From an uncultured Clostridium sp. (lineage in GTDB: Bacteria > Bacillota > Clostridia > Clostridiales > Clostridiaceae): DNA of 64,000 nt. Below, piece by piece: positions 9,855 through 19,754 of the stretch. Every line of letters begins with the position of its first letter. Position 1 is the first letter of the stretch. Where the stretch lies: the NCBI GenBank assembly GCA_964467165.1, contig CAYXOL010000003.1:32415-96414 (forward strand), written 5' to 3'. A program made the position numbers and the translations under genes. A model generated the notes under the pieces. The model did not search any database. It worked only from the letters and a program-made list of their open reading frames with translations, and was not told the origin of the DNA.

Positions 9855-9956
9855 AAAAATAAAAAGCATGAGCAAAGTCATGTTAATAGCTATATTTAAG
9901 TTTAGCTATTAAACTATAATGACTTATGCTCATGCCTGATAATATCAGTAACACGC
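9855..9956 (-). promoter_or_regulatory. RAT antiterminator site overlapping a leader terminator (GlcT/BglG type)
   Basis: GCGTGTTACTGATATTATCAGGCATGAGC resembles the B. subtilis ptsG RAT and overlaps the long GCATGAGC...GCTCATGC-TTTTT stem. Confidence 0.88.
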
Positions 9957-10102
9957 AAATTTACTTATTAAATTAATTTTCCACTTCATACTTCTACATA
10001 TAACTCCATACTTATTATGTAATATAAAGATGATATCACGCATTAATATTTTTTTCAACTTTTTTCGACATTCTTTTTGAAACTTTCTTATTTTTTTAAT
10101 TT

Positions 10103-12442
10103 CTACATTAAATTTATCTTTTTTTCCATTAGACTTTTAATTTCTTTTTCAGGTATTGGCCTGCTAATTATATATCCTTGAATTGCATAACTATTTAATT
10201 TCTCTAAAATAATAAATTGTTCTAAATCCTCAACTCCTTCTACTACAACTTTTATATTTAAACTTTCCGCCATTGCAATTATGGCTTTTACAATTTCATT
10301 TTTTTGAATGCTCACGGCAATATCTATTATTAAAGACCTATCTATTTTTAAAATGTCTATTGGAAGCCTATTTACATAGCTTAGAGAAGAATAACCTGTA
10401 CCAAAATCATCCAAAGCAATGCTTACTCCCAAATTCTTAATTTTATTTAATGTTTTTATTGTTAAATCAACATTTTGCATTGCTGCATTTTCTGTGATTT
10501 CTAAAACCAAATATTTTGCATCCAAACCCGCATCTTTTAGTGCATTACTAACTATGTCTACAAAATCAAATTGCTCCAATTGTTTAAAAGTTATATTCAC
10601 GGTAACGTAGATTTCCATGCCAGAATTTCTCCATTCGCTGCACTGTCTACACGCTTCCCTCATTACCCATTTGCCTAGTTCAATAATATACCCATTATTT
10701 TCAGCCATAGGAATAAAATCCGATGGCGGTATTATCTTGTTATCTCGATTCCATCTAATCAACGCCTCAAAGCCAATTATTTTTTTATTTTTCACATGAG
10801 TAATTGCTTGATAATATACCATCATCTCTTTTTTTTCAAGGGATTTATATAAATTACTCTCTAAAATAAGATTAGTGAGTCCTGCCACATTCATATTTCC
10901 AGAATACACGCTGTAACAGTTGCCTCCATTTCTTTTAGCTTCATACATAGCAATATCAGAATTTTTCATCAAACTAGAAATATCCTCCCCATGCTGTGGA
11001 TACATGCTTATTCCTATACTAACTGTAGTATAAAGTTCATTATCCATATATATAAATGATTCCTTTAGTACATTTTTTATACGAAGAGCTAGGCTCTCCG
11101 CCTCTCCTGCTGAATCTATATGGTTTAGTAGTATAATAAACTCATCTCCACCAATTCGTGACACTATATCTGAAGAACCTACAACATTACTAATGCGTGC
11201 TGCCACCTTTTGAATCAAAACATCCCCTGCATGATGCCCTAAACTGTCATTAACTCTTTTAAAATCATCTAAATCTATAAATAATATAGCAAATTTACCA
11301 CCATTTTTTTTCTTTTTGTCTAAAGTTATGTTTATGATTTCCATAATCATTTTTCTATTGGCAAGTCCAGTTAGTGCATCTCTATTGGCGAGTTCCAGGT
11401 TTTTCTGGCTATACTTTTCTAGCTCACCAAGCATATTGTTTATTCCTATAGCTAGTGAAGCTATTTCATCATTCCCAGAGATTTTCATTTTTATAGTTAA
11501 ATCTTTTGTGTCACTTATCTTATGTATTATTGTATTCATTTTCATTATTCTACTTGCTACCACTTTATTTAAATAAACTAATGCTACCCCAAAAAAAATG
11601 AAATTTAGAATAATAAATATAATAACAAAATACGTTATACTCTTTATAGCTTGACTATGTATTTCCCTAAATTCATTTACCTTAATAACTAAATATGGAT
11701 TATGTTCTATATCATGCAATACTTTGTACCCTATTGCTGAGTTACCATTAATATTTTCAACTGCTTCCTCATCATTCCATATTATATCTTTCTTACTCTC
11801 TAATACTTTATTATATTTCTCCATACTAAAATTAGCCCTAACACTTAAACCAATTTCAGATATTTGCAGCGCATCTAAGTACCTGCCAGAAATAATATGA
11901 CCTCCAGATTCTAATGTACCATCTGAAGTTGTTATGGGTTCTGTAACAAGTATGGCAGGTGTATTATTTATTTCACAAACTCCACTAAAACTTTGAGAAC
12001 GTTTCGCTATAAATAATTTCTCAACTTTACGTAAAATTTCCTCTTGTATTTTTTCAGAAATATCTTCCTGTTTATCCGTATTAAAATTATATCCCTTACT
12101 AAGTATTATTTTCCCGTATTTATCTGTATAAATCATAAAATTAATTTCAAAGGTTTTAAATGATGAAAGGTTACCAAAATTCGAAGAAACATATTCTTCA
12201 TTTTTGTTTTTTGAAAAATCAAATGAATCATCCCATGATGAATAATCTTTTATAAAAGCACTTACATTTTCTACTTCTCTATTTATGGTATTATTAACTC
12301 TTTTCACATCCCTAATAATACTATTTTCCTCTATTGTTCTAAAACCACTTAATAATATGCTGTTTGATAAAAACACTAATATTATTATAAAAATTGCAAT
12401 TGCCCAGCCCACTCCCATTAAAAACTTATTATGTAATTTCAT
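10103..12442 (-). CDS. Membrane sensor (CHASE4-like)-HAMP-GGDEF-EAL diguanylate cyclase/phosphodiesterase
   Basis: Two TM segments around a DYSSWDD-containing sensor, HAMP (DEIASLA), DALTGL, GGDEF, EAL and DDFGTGYSS. Confidence 0.92.
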   Translation of the reverse strand: MKLHNKFLMGVGWAIAIFIIILVFLSNSILLSGFRTIEENSIIRDVKRVNNTINREVENVSAFIKDYSSWDDSFDFSKNKNEEYVSSNFGNLSSFKTFEINFMIYTDKYGKIILSKGYNFNTDKQEDISEKIQEEILRKVEKLFIAKRSQSFSGVCEINNTPAILVTEPITTSDGTLESGGHIISGRYLDALQISEIGLSVRANFSMEKYNKVLESKKDIIWNDEEAVENINGNSAIGYKVLHDIEHNPYLVIKVNEFREIHSQAIKSITYFVIIFIILNFIFFGVALVYLNKVVASRIMKMNTIIHKISDTKDLTIKMKISGNDEIASLAIGINNMLGELEKYSQKNLELANRDALTGLANRKMIMEIINITLDKKKKNGGKFAILFIDLDDFKRVNDSLGHHAGDVLIQKVAARISNVVGSSDIVSRIGGDEFIILLNHIDSAGEAESLALRIKNVLKESFIYMDNELYTTVSIGISMYPQHGEDISSLMKNSDIAMYEAKRNGGNCYSVYSGNMNVAGLTNLILESNLYKSLEKKEMMVYYQAITHVKNKKIIGFEALIRWNRDNKIIPPSDFIPMAENNGYIIELGKWVMREACRQCSEWRNSGMEIYVTVNITFKQLEQFDFVDIVSNALKDAGLDAKYLVLEITENAAMQNVDLTIKTLNKIKNLGVSIALDDFGTGYSSLSYVNRLPIDILKIDRSLIIDIAVSIQKNEIVKAIIAMAESLNIKVVVEGVEDLEQFIILEKLNSYAIQGYIISRPIPEKEIKSLMEKKINLM

Positions 12443-12535
12443 ACCTTCTCCTTATTAAAATATTAATAATTTCTAACATTCCATAAACAGTATATAATTT
12501 TATTAAATAGTTGTATACAATTTTCTGTAAAATAA

Positions 12536-12576
12536 AATAAGCTAACAAAATGATTTATCATTTGTGTTAACTTATT
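12536..12576 (-). terminator. Hairpin downstream of the small ORF
   Basis: AATAAGTTAACACAAATGAT / ATCATTTTGTTAGCTTATT imperfect stem with a T-rich tail. Confidence 0.5.
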
Positions 12577-12595
12577 CTTTTAATTAACATATTTA

Positions 12596-12688
12596 TTATC
12601 CTACGGTATTTCCCTTTTGATTCTTTTTCTGAGTCTTATCTTTTGTGTCCTTTGACCCTGATTTTTTTTCTCCACCTTTTTTAGCCAT
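12596..12688 (-). CDS. 30-aa lysine-rich small protein
   Basis: GAGGTG RBS, then MAKKGGEKKSGSKDTKDKTQKKNQKGNTVG*, with its own downstream hairpin; too short for the ORF track. Confidence 0.65.
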   Translation of the reverse strand: MAKKGGEKKSGSKDTKDKTQKKNQKGNTVG

Positions 12689-12902
12689 GTTAATCACCTC
12701 TTTAGTATATTAAAAAATACATTTCTTCTAATATTGTTTACACTTTACCTGATTTAATACATATTTATAAATAATTAAAAACATTCCTTTAGGTTAACTT
12801 AATCTTTTATGGTAAAATAAAATCATATGATTATTAAATTTATGTAATAAAATTTGAATTATATCACGGAGTTTATGAATATATTTTAAAGGGGATGAAT
12901 CC

Positions 12903-13970
12903 ATGAAACTAAAGGTTAAAAATATAAGCATTTACGAGTTAAAACCAAGTATGATTCTGTCTGACGATCTAGTACTGAATGGCTTAACTTTAGTTGCAAA
13001 AGAAGTTGCATTGAATAGTACCATGATAAAAAAAATACTAGAATTTTATCCATCAGGCACTATAAATATTTATACCTCTGATGAAGGACCTATAGTTCCT
13101 ACTTCCTCAAATTTAAGACAAGAAAATTTAATCCAAACTGAAAACACCTTAAACCATTTTTCAAATCGCATGGAACTTTTTTTAACTAATCTAAAAAAAG
13201 GGTCAGAATTAGATTTAAGTGAAGTAAGAACTATGTCTAAAGAAATTTTAAATAACCTTACTGATTATGATTCTATTTTAAAAAGTGTAACAAATTCTAG
13301 GCATATTGATGAATATCTCATCCGGCATTGTGTAAACGTTGCGATTTTAAGTTCCATGTTAGGTAAATGGCTTAATTTTTCCGAAAAAGATTTAACACTT
13401 TTGACTTATTCCGCTTTTCTTCATGACATAGGTAAAACAACAATTAAGCAAACTATATTAAATAAGCCTTCAAAACTTACAAAATTAGAATTTGAAGAAA
13501 TTAAAAAACACTCCATTTATTCTTATGAACTTGTACGAACGATTCCTTATTTAGATGAATCTGTAGGTTTAGGAGTTCTAATGCATCATGAGCGTTTAGA
13601 TGGTTCGGGGTATCCACTACATTTAAAGGAAGATAAAATAAATGTCTTTGCAAAGATAATTGGAATAGTTGATATGTTTGATGCTATGACTTCTGACAAA
13701 GTTTATAGCAAAAAACAAAATCCCTTTGTGGTCTTAGAAATTATGCAACATGATTGTATGGGGTTATTTGATTATAATTATCTCACTACCTTTATAGCAC
13801 AAATGGCAAATTACTACACTGGAGAAATGGTTAAACTTAGTAATGGTTCTGTAGGAAAAATAATTAAAATAGACACAAATAATATTTCTAGACCACTTAT
13901 ATCTATTGATTCAAATTTTATAGATTTAAACTATGAAAAAAATATATTTATTACGGAACTTTTACCATAA
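12903..13970 (+). CDS. HD-GYP cyclic-dinucleotide phosphodiesterase
   Basis: HCVNV, HDIGK and HHERLDGSGYP motifs. Confidence 0.92.
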   Translation: MKLKVKNISIYELKPSMILSDDLVLNGLTLVAKEVALNSTMIKKILEFYPSGTINIYTSDEGPIVPTSSNLRQENLIQTENTLNHFSNRMELFLTNLKKGSELDLSEVRTMSKEILNNLTDYDSILKSVTNSRHIDEYLIRHCVNVAILSSMLGKWLNFSEKDLTLLTYSAFLHDIGKTTIKQTILNKPSKLTKLEFEEIKKHSIYSYELVRTIPYLDESVGLGVLMHHERLDGSGYPLHLKEDKINVFAKIIGIVDMFDAMTSDKVYSKKQNPFVVLEIMQHDCMGLFDYNYLTTFIAQMANYYTGEMVKLSNGSVGKIIKIDTNNISRPLISIDSNFIDLNYEKNIFITELLP

Positions 13971-14044
13971 TTTTTAAAAATCAACTTATTATTTTGCAAA
14001 AATAACAAGGCAAAGATGCCTGATCTGTTAAAGGAGTGCTAATA

Positions 14045-14944
14045 ATGATAAATATTGATAAAAAAAAGAGTATTCTCGCTGATATGTCTTTGCTACTAGT
14101 GGCATTAGTTTGGGGGGGAGGTTTTATAGCTGTAAAAGGTGCTTTAGATAGTATTTCGCCTTTTTATATTATGGCTATGCGTTTTAGTATTTCTACAATT
14201 ATTATGCTATTATTTTTCAGAAAAAAAATTAAGCATATTACTAAAAATCAGCTTGCTGTAGGAACTTTGGTAGGACTTCTCTTGTTTTTAGGCTTTGCTG
14301 CTCAGACTATTGGTATGAAATATACTACTGCTGGTAAAAATGCCTTTTTAACTGGAACTAATGTAGTTATTGTACCCTTTCTTTATTGGGCAATTAGCAA
14401 AAAGAAACCAGATAGCTACTCATTAGCCTCTGCGTTTCTATGTTTTGTAGGAATAGGAATGCTCACACTAGATGGAGGTATAGGTATTAATCTTGGTGAT
14501 GGTTTAACATTAATATGTGCAGTATTTTTCGCAGCTCATATTGTTTCTGTGGGATTTTTCACGGAAAAAGTTGGTGCTATAACCCTTGTAATAATTCAAC
14601 TAGGGTCTGCAGCTATTTTCTCACTTATAGCTGCTTTAATTTTTGAACCAATGCCAACGCATTTGAATTCAGATACAATATTTGCAATTGGTTATTTATC
14701 AATTTTCAGTACAATGCTTGCATTTATGGTGCAAAATGTAGCCCAGAAATATACCACTTCCACCCATGCCGCAATTATTCTATGTTTAGAATCAGTTTTT
14801 GGTTCCATTTTATCTGTTCTAATGCTTAATGAAATATTTACTTCAAAAATGATTATAGGTTGCTTAACTATATTTATAGCAATTATAACAACAGAAACTA
14901 AATGGGATTTTCTCAAGAAAAAGAAAATATCCGTTACTTCGTAA
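14045..14944 (+). CDS. DMT/EamA family transporter
   Basis: About 10 TM segments, WGGGF and LESVFG. ATG 14045 follows AAGGAG. Confidence 0.9.
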   Translation: MINIDKKKSILADMSLLLVALVWGGGFIAVKGALDSISPFYIMAMRFSISTIIMLLFFRKKIKHITKNQLAVGTLVGLLLFLGFAAQTIGMKYTTAGKNAFLTGTNVVIVPFLYWAISKKKPDSYSLASAFLCFVGIGMLTLDGGIGINLGDGLTLICAVFFAAHIVSVGFFTEKVGAITLVIIQLGSAAIFSLIAALIFEPMPTHLNSDTIFAIGYLSIFSTMLAFMVQNVAQKYTTSTHAAIILCLESVFGSILSVLMLNEIFTSKMIIGCLTIFIAIITTETKWDFLKKKKISVTS

Positions 14945-14966
14945 ACTAAGCCCTATAATAAAATAT

Positions 14967-15004
14967 AAAAAACACCTAGGTAAATTATTACCCTGGTGTT
15001 TTTT
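14967..15004. terminator. Bidirectional terminator
   Basis: A6-CACCTAGGTAA/TTACCCTGGTG-T6 between convergent genes. Confidence 0.7.
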
Positions 15005-15599
15005 ATATATCAACAATGTAATATTTAAAGGCATTAATAATTGTAGTTGTGTTATAAATCATTTTTCTTTCACCTTTTCCATACTCCAAATGCTGGTGAC
15101 CATAAAAAAAATATTTTGGAGAATATTTTTTTAGCACATCAATAAAGACTTCAAAACCCCTATGACAAGGATCTTTTCCATCCCCTAGTCCTTTTGCCGG
15201 TGAATGGGTTACCAATATATCAAATCCCTTATTCCTCCATAAAGTCATCCTTAATTTTCCGACTCTCTTTTGCATTTCCTTTTGTGAATACTGAAAAGGA
15301 CCTTTATTATAATCAATAGATCCTCCAATCCCTAGTATTCTAAGATTTTTATATACAAAAATCTTATCGTCAATGGGGATACATCCACCTGGTGGTTTTT
15401 CTAAGTACCCCGCATCATGATTGCCATTAACATAAATTACTGGTGCTTTAATCATATCAGCTATATATTCTAGATATTCTGCTTTTAAATCTCCACAGGA
15501 TATTACCAGTTCAATTTCACTAAATCTTTCATAATCGAAGTGATCCCAAATATAACTGTCTTCAATATCAGATACTAATAACACTTTAATTTTAATCAC
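15003..15599 (-). CDS. Calcineurin-like metallophosphoesterase
   Basis: SDIE, CGD, GNHD, THSP and GHQH motifs. Confidence 0.88.
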   Translation of the reverse strand: MIKIKVLLVSDIEDSYIWDHFDYERFSEIELVISCGDLKAEYLEYIADMIKAPVIYVNGNHDAGYLEKPPGGCIPIDDKIFVYKNLRILGIGGSIDYNKGPFQYSQKEMQKRVGKLRMTLWRNKGFDILVTHSPAKGLGDGKDPCHRGFEVFIDVLKKYSPKYFFYGHQHLEYGKGERKMIYNTTTIINAFKYYIVDI

Positions 15600-15618
15600 C
15601 TACTTATCTTTTGAGCTT

Positions 15619-17532
15619 CTATTCTTCCACGCTTGGAAGTTCTCCTACAACATTATCTACAAACCAATCCATATATAGCATATCCTCATAGTTTCCTATG
15701 TCTCCATCCTTTATCCTGATTTCACCAAAGCTATCCAGCACCGGGCCTGCAAAAGTATGAAATCTGTTTTCAATAATTAGTTCTCGCATTATATCAACTA
15801 ATTTTTGAGTTTGGATTGGCACATTATGTTTTGAATATATAATATCTACAAGGCCTGAGTCCATTCCCCACCAAAAACTTACACGTTTAGACTGCGTGCT
15901 AAATATACCCTTAAAGCTACCATTTACTATATTTCTAAGTATTTTCTCGTAAAACTCTCCCCAATCCCATGTAATTAAACCATAATTTATTTCTGGTATC
16001 CATTTTTCTTCACTTTCGCTATATTTTATAGAATATAATCCAAAGTCTCTTGACCCCTTACCTAGTGCAATTAGATCATTTTGCATTATAAGATCCGCTC
16101 CACACTTCTTAAGTTCTTGAATTAATTCTTTGGAGTGATTTACATCCCCTGTTTCATTAAGCCAAGAAATTATAACTTTGGCATTAGGATTTACTGTTTT
16201 AACACCTAACGCAAAAGCATTAATTCCTGTTATAATCTCTGTTTCATTGTAAATATCTATATATCCTATAATGTTTGATTTCGTAATTGTACCTGCAATA
16301 AGGCCCATTAGAAATCTTGGTTCATGAGACCTTCCAAAATAGGTACTTACATTTCTAAAAGCCTTTACTGGAGAGCAGTTGAAAAACTTAATGTTATCAT
16401 ATTTTAAAGCTGCTCTCAGAGTTATATTGAGATAATATGAACATGTAGTAAATATAATATCATAATTTTCTTCACATAATTCACTTAATCTTTCATAGCT
16501 ATCACCATCATTTTGAAAATTATCTATAACTACAGTTTCAATTTCATTGCCTAATTGTTTCTGGGCGTACATTCTCCCTAAATTATGAACATAACTCCAA
16601 CCAGAGGTATCAATAGTTTTTTCAAAAACAAAAGCCACTCTTAATTTTTTAGGTGGGGCTACTAAATTTGTAAATGATGTAAGCACATTTTTTTTACGCA
16701 CATCAAAGGGCTCTGTTTGAATATCTACTGTATTATTTTTTGACATTATTTTAAGTTCAGTTAAGAATTTCTCAACTCTTAATTTCCTCTTTATTTCTAC
16801 AAATTCATCTGAAATTCCATATATTTTTATATACTCTAGAAATGCATCTCCAGTGGTAATATCTAATTTATTTCCACCTAATTCATAAAAGGTGTTCCTA
16901 AAGGGTGAATAAACATTTTTTATAAAATGATCGTATTTATTTGAAAACCATTGAAGATTTGGGTTATAATCATCTAAATACTTAAAAAGTAATGGGAAAC
17001 TACCTTCATTTGTAAACCAAATAGAATTTATGCCAGTATTATTATTAAAGTCTAAAAACTCATAATATATTGTGTTACTTAAGTTGTTCTCATCTCTTTT
17101 GGGAACGAGCCTTGTAATTTCTCCTTCTATAGCATAAGCATCTACATATTTTAAAACACTTACCCGTTTATTTCCCTCCATAACATAGAATTCGTTCATA
17201 TACTCATATATTTTTATTGGGTCAGTTATTCCATCATTAATATGATGAGCATAAACCGCTTGCCATTTCGAAGAGAATTCACTTTCTTCATTAGCCAGAG
17301 GAAGAAAATTCATAGCAAAATCCCTACTCCGTGTGTAAAAATAAGTTCCTATTATCTTTTTTAATGGAATACTCTTTATTCCTATGGGAATTTCCGCTAC
17401 TATGTCTACTTTTTTCAGAATACTATCTAAGGATAATATATGTCCTGAATAGCCTTTTGATATATCCATATAATATCTAAGTTTACCTGACTTACTTGCC
17501 TTTTTGTATTCTTCAATAGCTGAAAAAGCCAT
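15619..17532 (-). CDS. Cytoplasmic fusion of a ParB/Srx-like N-terminal domain and a BMP/PnrA-type nucleoside-binding domain
   Basis: N-terminal IPLKKIIGT..NFLPL..PIKIY..FYVMEGNKRVSV; C-terminal SGWSYVHNLGR, EPRFLMGLIAG, GINAFALG and MDWFVDNV. No signal peptide or lipobox. Confidence 0.8.
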   Translation of the reverse strand: MAFSAIEEYKKASKSGKLRYYMDISKGYSGHILSLDSILKKVDIVAEIPIGIKSIPLKKIIGTYFYTRSRDFAMNFLPLANEESEFSSKWQAVYAHHINDGITDPIKIYEYMNEFYVMEGNKRVSVLKYVDAYAIEGEITRLVPKRDENNLSNTIYYEFLDFNNNTGINSIWFTNEGSFPLLFKYLDDYNPNLQWFSNKYDHFIKNVYSPFRNTFYELGGNKLDITTGDAFLEYIKIYGISDEFVEIKRKLRVEKFLTELKIMSKNNTVDIQTEPFDVRKKNVLTSFTNLVAPPKKLRVAFVFEKTIDTSGWSYVHNLGRMYAQKQLGNEIETVVIDNFQNDGDSYERLSELCEENYDIIFTTCSYYLNITLRAALKYDNIKFFNCSPVKAFRNVSTYFGRSHEPRFLMGLIAGTITKSNIIGYIDIYNETEIITGINAFALGVKTVNPNAKVIISWLNETGDVNHSKELIQELKKCGADLIMQNDLIALGKGSRDFGLYSIKYSESEEKWIPEINYGLITWDWGEFYEKILRNIVNGSFKGIFSTQSKRVSFWWGMDSGLVDIIYSKHNVPIQTQKLVDIMRELIIENRFHTFAGPVLDSFGEIRIKDGDIGNYEDMLYMDWFVDNVVGELPSVEE

Positions 17533-17567
17533 AAACCTCACTCCTTAACCTTTCTATAAAGGCATCC

Positions 17568-18446
17568 TTAACAAAAAATATTTTCACCAATGTGTCCAAC
17601 CGCATATGATTTACCTAACCCACCTACAGCTATAGTTACTTTATAGTTTGCAATAGACTTTCTCTTTTGAAAAATGTTCTGCTTCTTTTCAAAAGACTGA
17701 ATACATTCTTTAAAAATTATAACTGTTTTCCGATTTAACTTTCTAAACCTCATAACAACAAAATCATTACCGTAGTATAAACCATTATCCTTAAATCTTA
17801 TATTATGCCACACAAATAAAATAGGTACTAGTAAAAAAATATAATATCCATAAGGAACAAACATAGCTATTAGCGCTATTATTGTAAGTCCCTCCAATAA
17901 TTTAACTAATAGAAATCCACTTAAGGCCTTTTGTGGAGAATTTCTCAGGTTGTAATTTATATTCATTTCAGGCAAAATATCTTCAAAAAACTTACTAAGC
18001 ACTTTACTTTTGACTATAGGGCAAATCACTATACTTTTGCCTTTGTCTTTTCTATAATCTTGTGTTTCCACTTTTAATGAAAAATACCCTAATGGCTTTT
18101 TAATAAGCCCCTCTACTATTATTAAACTTTGAATTTGACTTACTGGGATATTTGATTGTTTTTTATGGAATAGCCCATAAGATAGTTTAATGTTATTTCC
18201 ATACCTTATAATTGTAAAATTATAAGATTTCATTAAAGTTACAGTAGTACATATTATCCATGAAATAAATAGCATACTAAAAATTATTATAGCTCCCATA
18301 TTAAAATATAAAGCTATAATTATAGGTAATCCTATTAAGACAACACTATATATAGTTCCCATTATAAATAAATCCTTAAAAGGTATAATAAATTCTTTGA
18401 TACACTCGTCTATTTCATTTTCGTCTTTATTTTTTAATTCTCTCAT
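17568..18446 (-). CDS. bPH_2 domain membrane protein (YdbT-like, short)
   Basis: LSYGLFHKKQSNIP..QIQ and QSFEKKQNIFQKR motifs; overlaps the YdbS-like gene. Confidence 0.7.
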   Translation of the reverse strand: MRELKNKDENEIDECIKEFIIPFKDLFIMGTIYSVVLIGLPIIIALYFNMGAIIIFSMLFISWIICTTVTLMKSYNFTIIRYGNNIKLSYGLFHKKQSNIPVSQIQSLIIVEGLIKKPLGYFSLKVETQDYRKDKGKSIVICPIVKSKVLSKFFEDILPEMNINYNLRNSPQKALSGFLLVKLLEGLTIIALIAMFVPYGYYIFLLVPILFVWHNIRFKDNGLYYGNDFVVMRFRKLNRKTVIIFKECIQSFEKKQNIFQKRKSIANYKVTIAVGGLGKSYAVGHIGENIFC

Positions 18447-18901
18447 ATACTTCTCTCCTGAATAATTTTTTCAATACTTAGCTTAGCTCTCTTTCCTACT
18501 TCAATATCCAAATAGGGAATTACATAGTAGCCTCCAGCAGTATGCAGCATTAAATTTACAAGCTTATATTTTTTTAGTAATAACCCTTGCTTTATATCTA
18601 CATGATTAACCATTTTCATTGGAATAACTAAATTTTTTTCATTTACTACTCCATATCTTAAAATAACTTTTGCTCTGTCCATTTCGTATCTATATTTTTT
18701 ATATCTATATTTTGAAATAAATAATGAATCCAGTAAAAATATTAGCGTTACTGCATATATACCCCAAGTTATTAGATATTTCCATGAAACATTAAATTCT
18801 AAAGATATATTTAATCCCACAGCAATTATTAAAAATATCCCGGTTGTTATTAATCCTTTTATTGTCCATATATTTCTTGAATATGCTGAAATTCTACTCA
18901 T
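18443..18901 (-). CDS. bPH_2 domain membrane protein (YdbS-like)
   Basis: Two TM segments, then YRY..G...IP..VNHVDIKQG.L...L.TAGG. ATG 18901 follows GGAGG. Confidence 0.8.
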   Translation of the reverse strand: MSRISAYSRNIWTIKGLITTGIFLIIAVGLNISLEFNVSWKYLITWGIYAVTLIFLLDSLFISKYRYKKYRYEMDRAKVILRYGVVNEKNLVIPMKMVNHVDIKQGLLLKKYKLVNLMLHTAGGYYVIPYLDIEVGKRAKLSIEKIIQERSI

Positions 18902-19212
18902 TCTAACCTCCATAAAATCACAAATGATATGTTGTTCCAATACGGTTTGCTTCTACACTTATTATTCATATACTTCCTCACTAACATTATACCTCATTGT
19001 TAGGGTATATTTGTTATTTTAATATGTTATTTTAGTATTTTAGACTAAAATTCATATAAAGTCCATTATTAAATTTTTTATAACCAGTTTACAAATCCTT
19101 TATTAAATTGCTTGAATTTTAATAGATTATACGTCCACAAATAAAAAAAAACATGATATAATAAAACTGTAAGCTAATTGGTAAAATAAACTTTTTAAAG
19201 GATGGATAAAAT

Positions 19213-19653
19213 ATGAACATAGCATTTTTTCTTACGCCTAAAAATGAAGTTGTTTATGAAAAACCAACCTCCACAATGAGGCAAGCATTAGAACGAATGG
19301 AGTACCATAGATATGCTTCTGTGCCCTTAATAAATGAACATGGCAACTATGTGGGTACTTTAACTGAAGGTGATTTATTATGGAAATTAAAGAATACTCC
19401 AAATTTAAGTTTTAAAGATACAAGTAAAATTTTAATTAAAGATATTCCCATGCATATCTGCAACACAGCAGTAACAATTAATTCAGATATAGAAAGTCTA
19501 ATTTCTTTAGCAAAAGATCAAAATTTTGTTCCCGTTGTAGATGACAATGATATTTTTATAGGAATCATTAAAAGAAGTGATATAATCACTTATTGTTTTA
19601 GTTTGTTATACGATAATAACCCCGTTAATAGCTTTAAATTAATAGCCACATAA
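19213..19653 (+). CDS. Stand-alone tandem CBS-domain protein (YkuL/DarB-like)
   Basis: YASVPLIN..G.YVGTLTEGD and FVPVVDD..FIGIIKRSDI. Confidence 0.85.
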   Translation: MNIAFFLTPKNEVVYEKPTSTMRQALERMEYHRYASVPLINEHGNYVGTLTEGDLLWKLKNTPNLSFKDTSKILIKDIPMHICNTAVTINSDIESLISLAKDQNFVPVVDDNDIFIGIIKRSDIITYCFSLLYDNNPVNSFKLIAT

Positions 19654-19692
19654 GACACATATAAATAAACAAAACATCTCTGCACTACTTTA

Positions 19693-19737
19693 ACAATGAA
19701 CTGCCTCCTGTCTAGGAGACAGGAGGCAGTTCATTGT
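19693..19737. terminator. Strong hairpin between the convergent CBS gene and nagB
   Basis: ACAATGAACTGCCTCCTGTCT-AGG-AGACAGGAGGCAGTTCATTGT, a 21-bp perfect stem. Confidence 0.75.
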
Positions 19738-19754
19738 CTAGATTGTGTTTTGTA

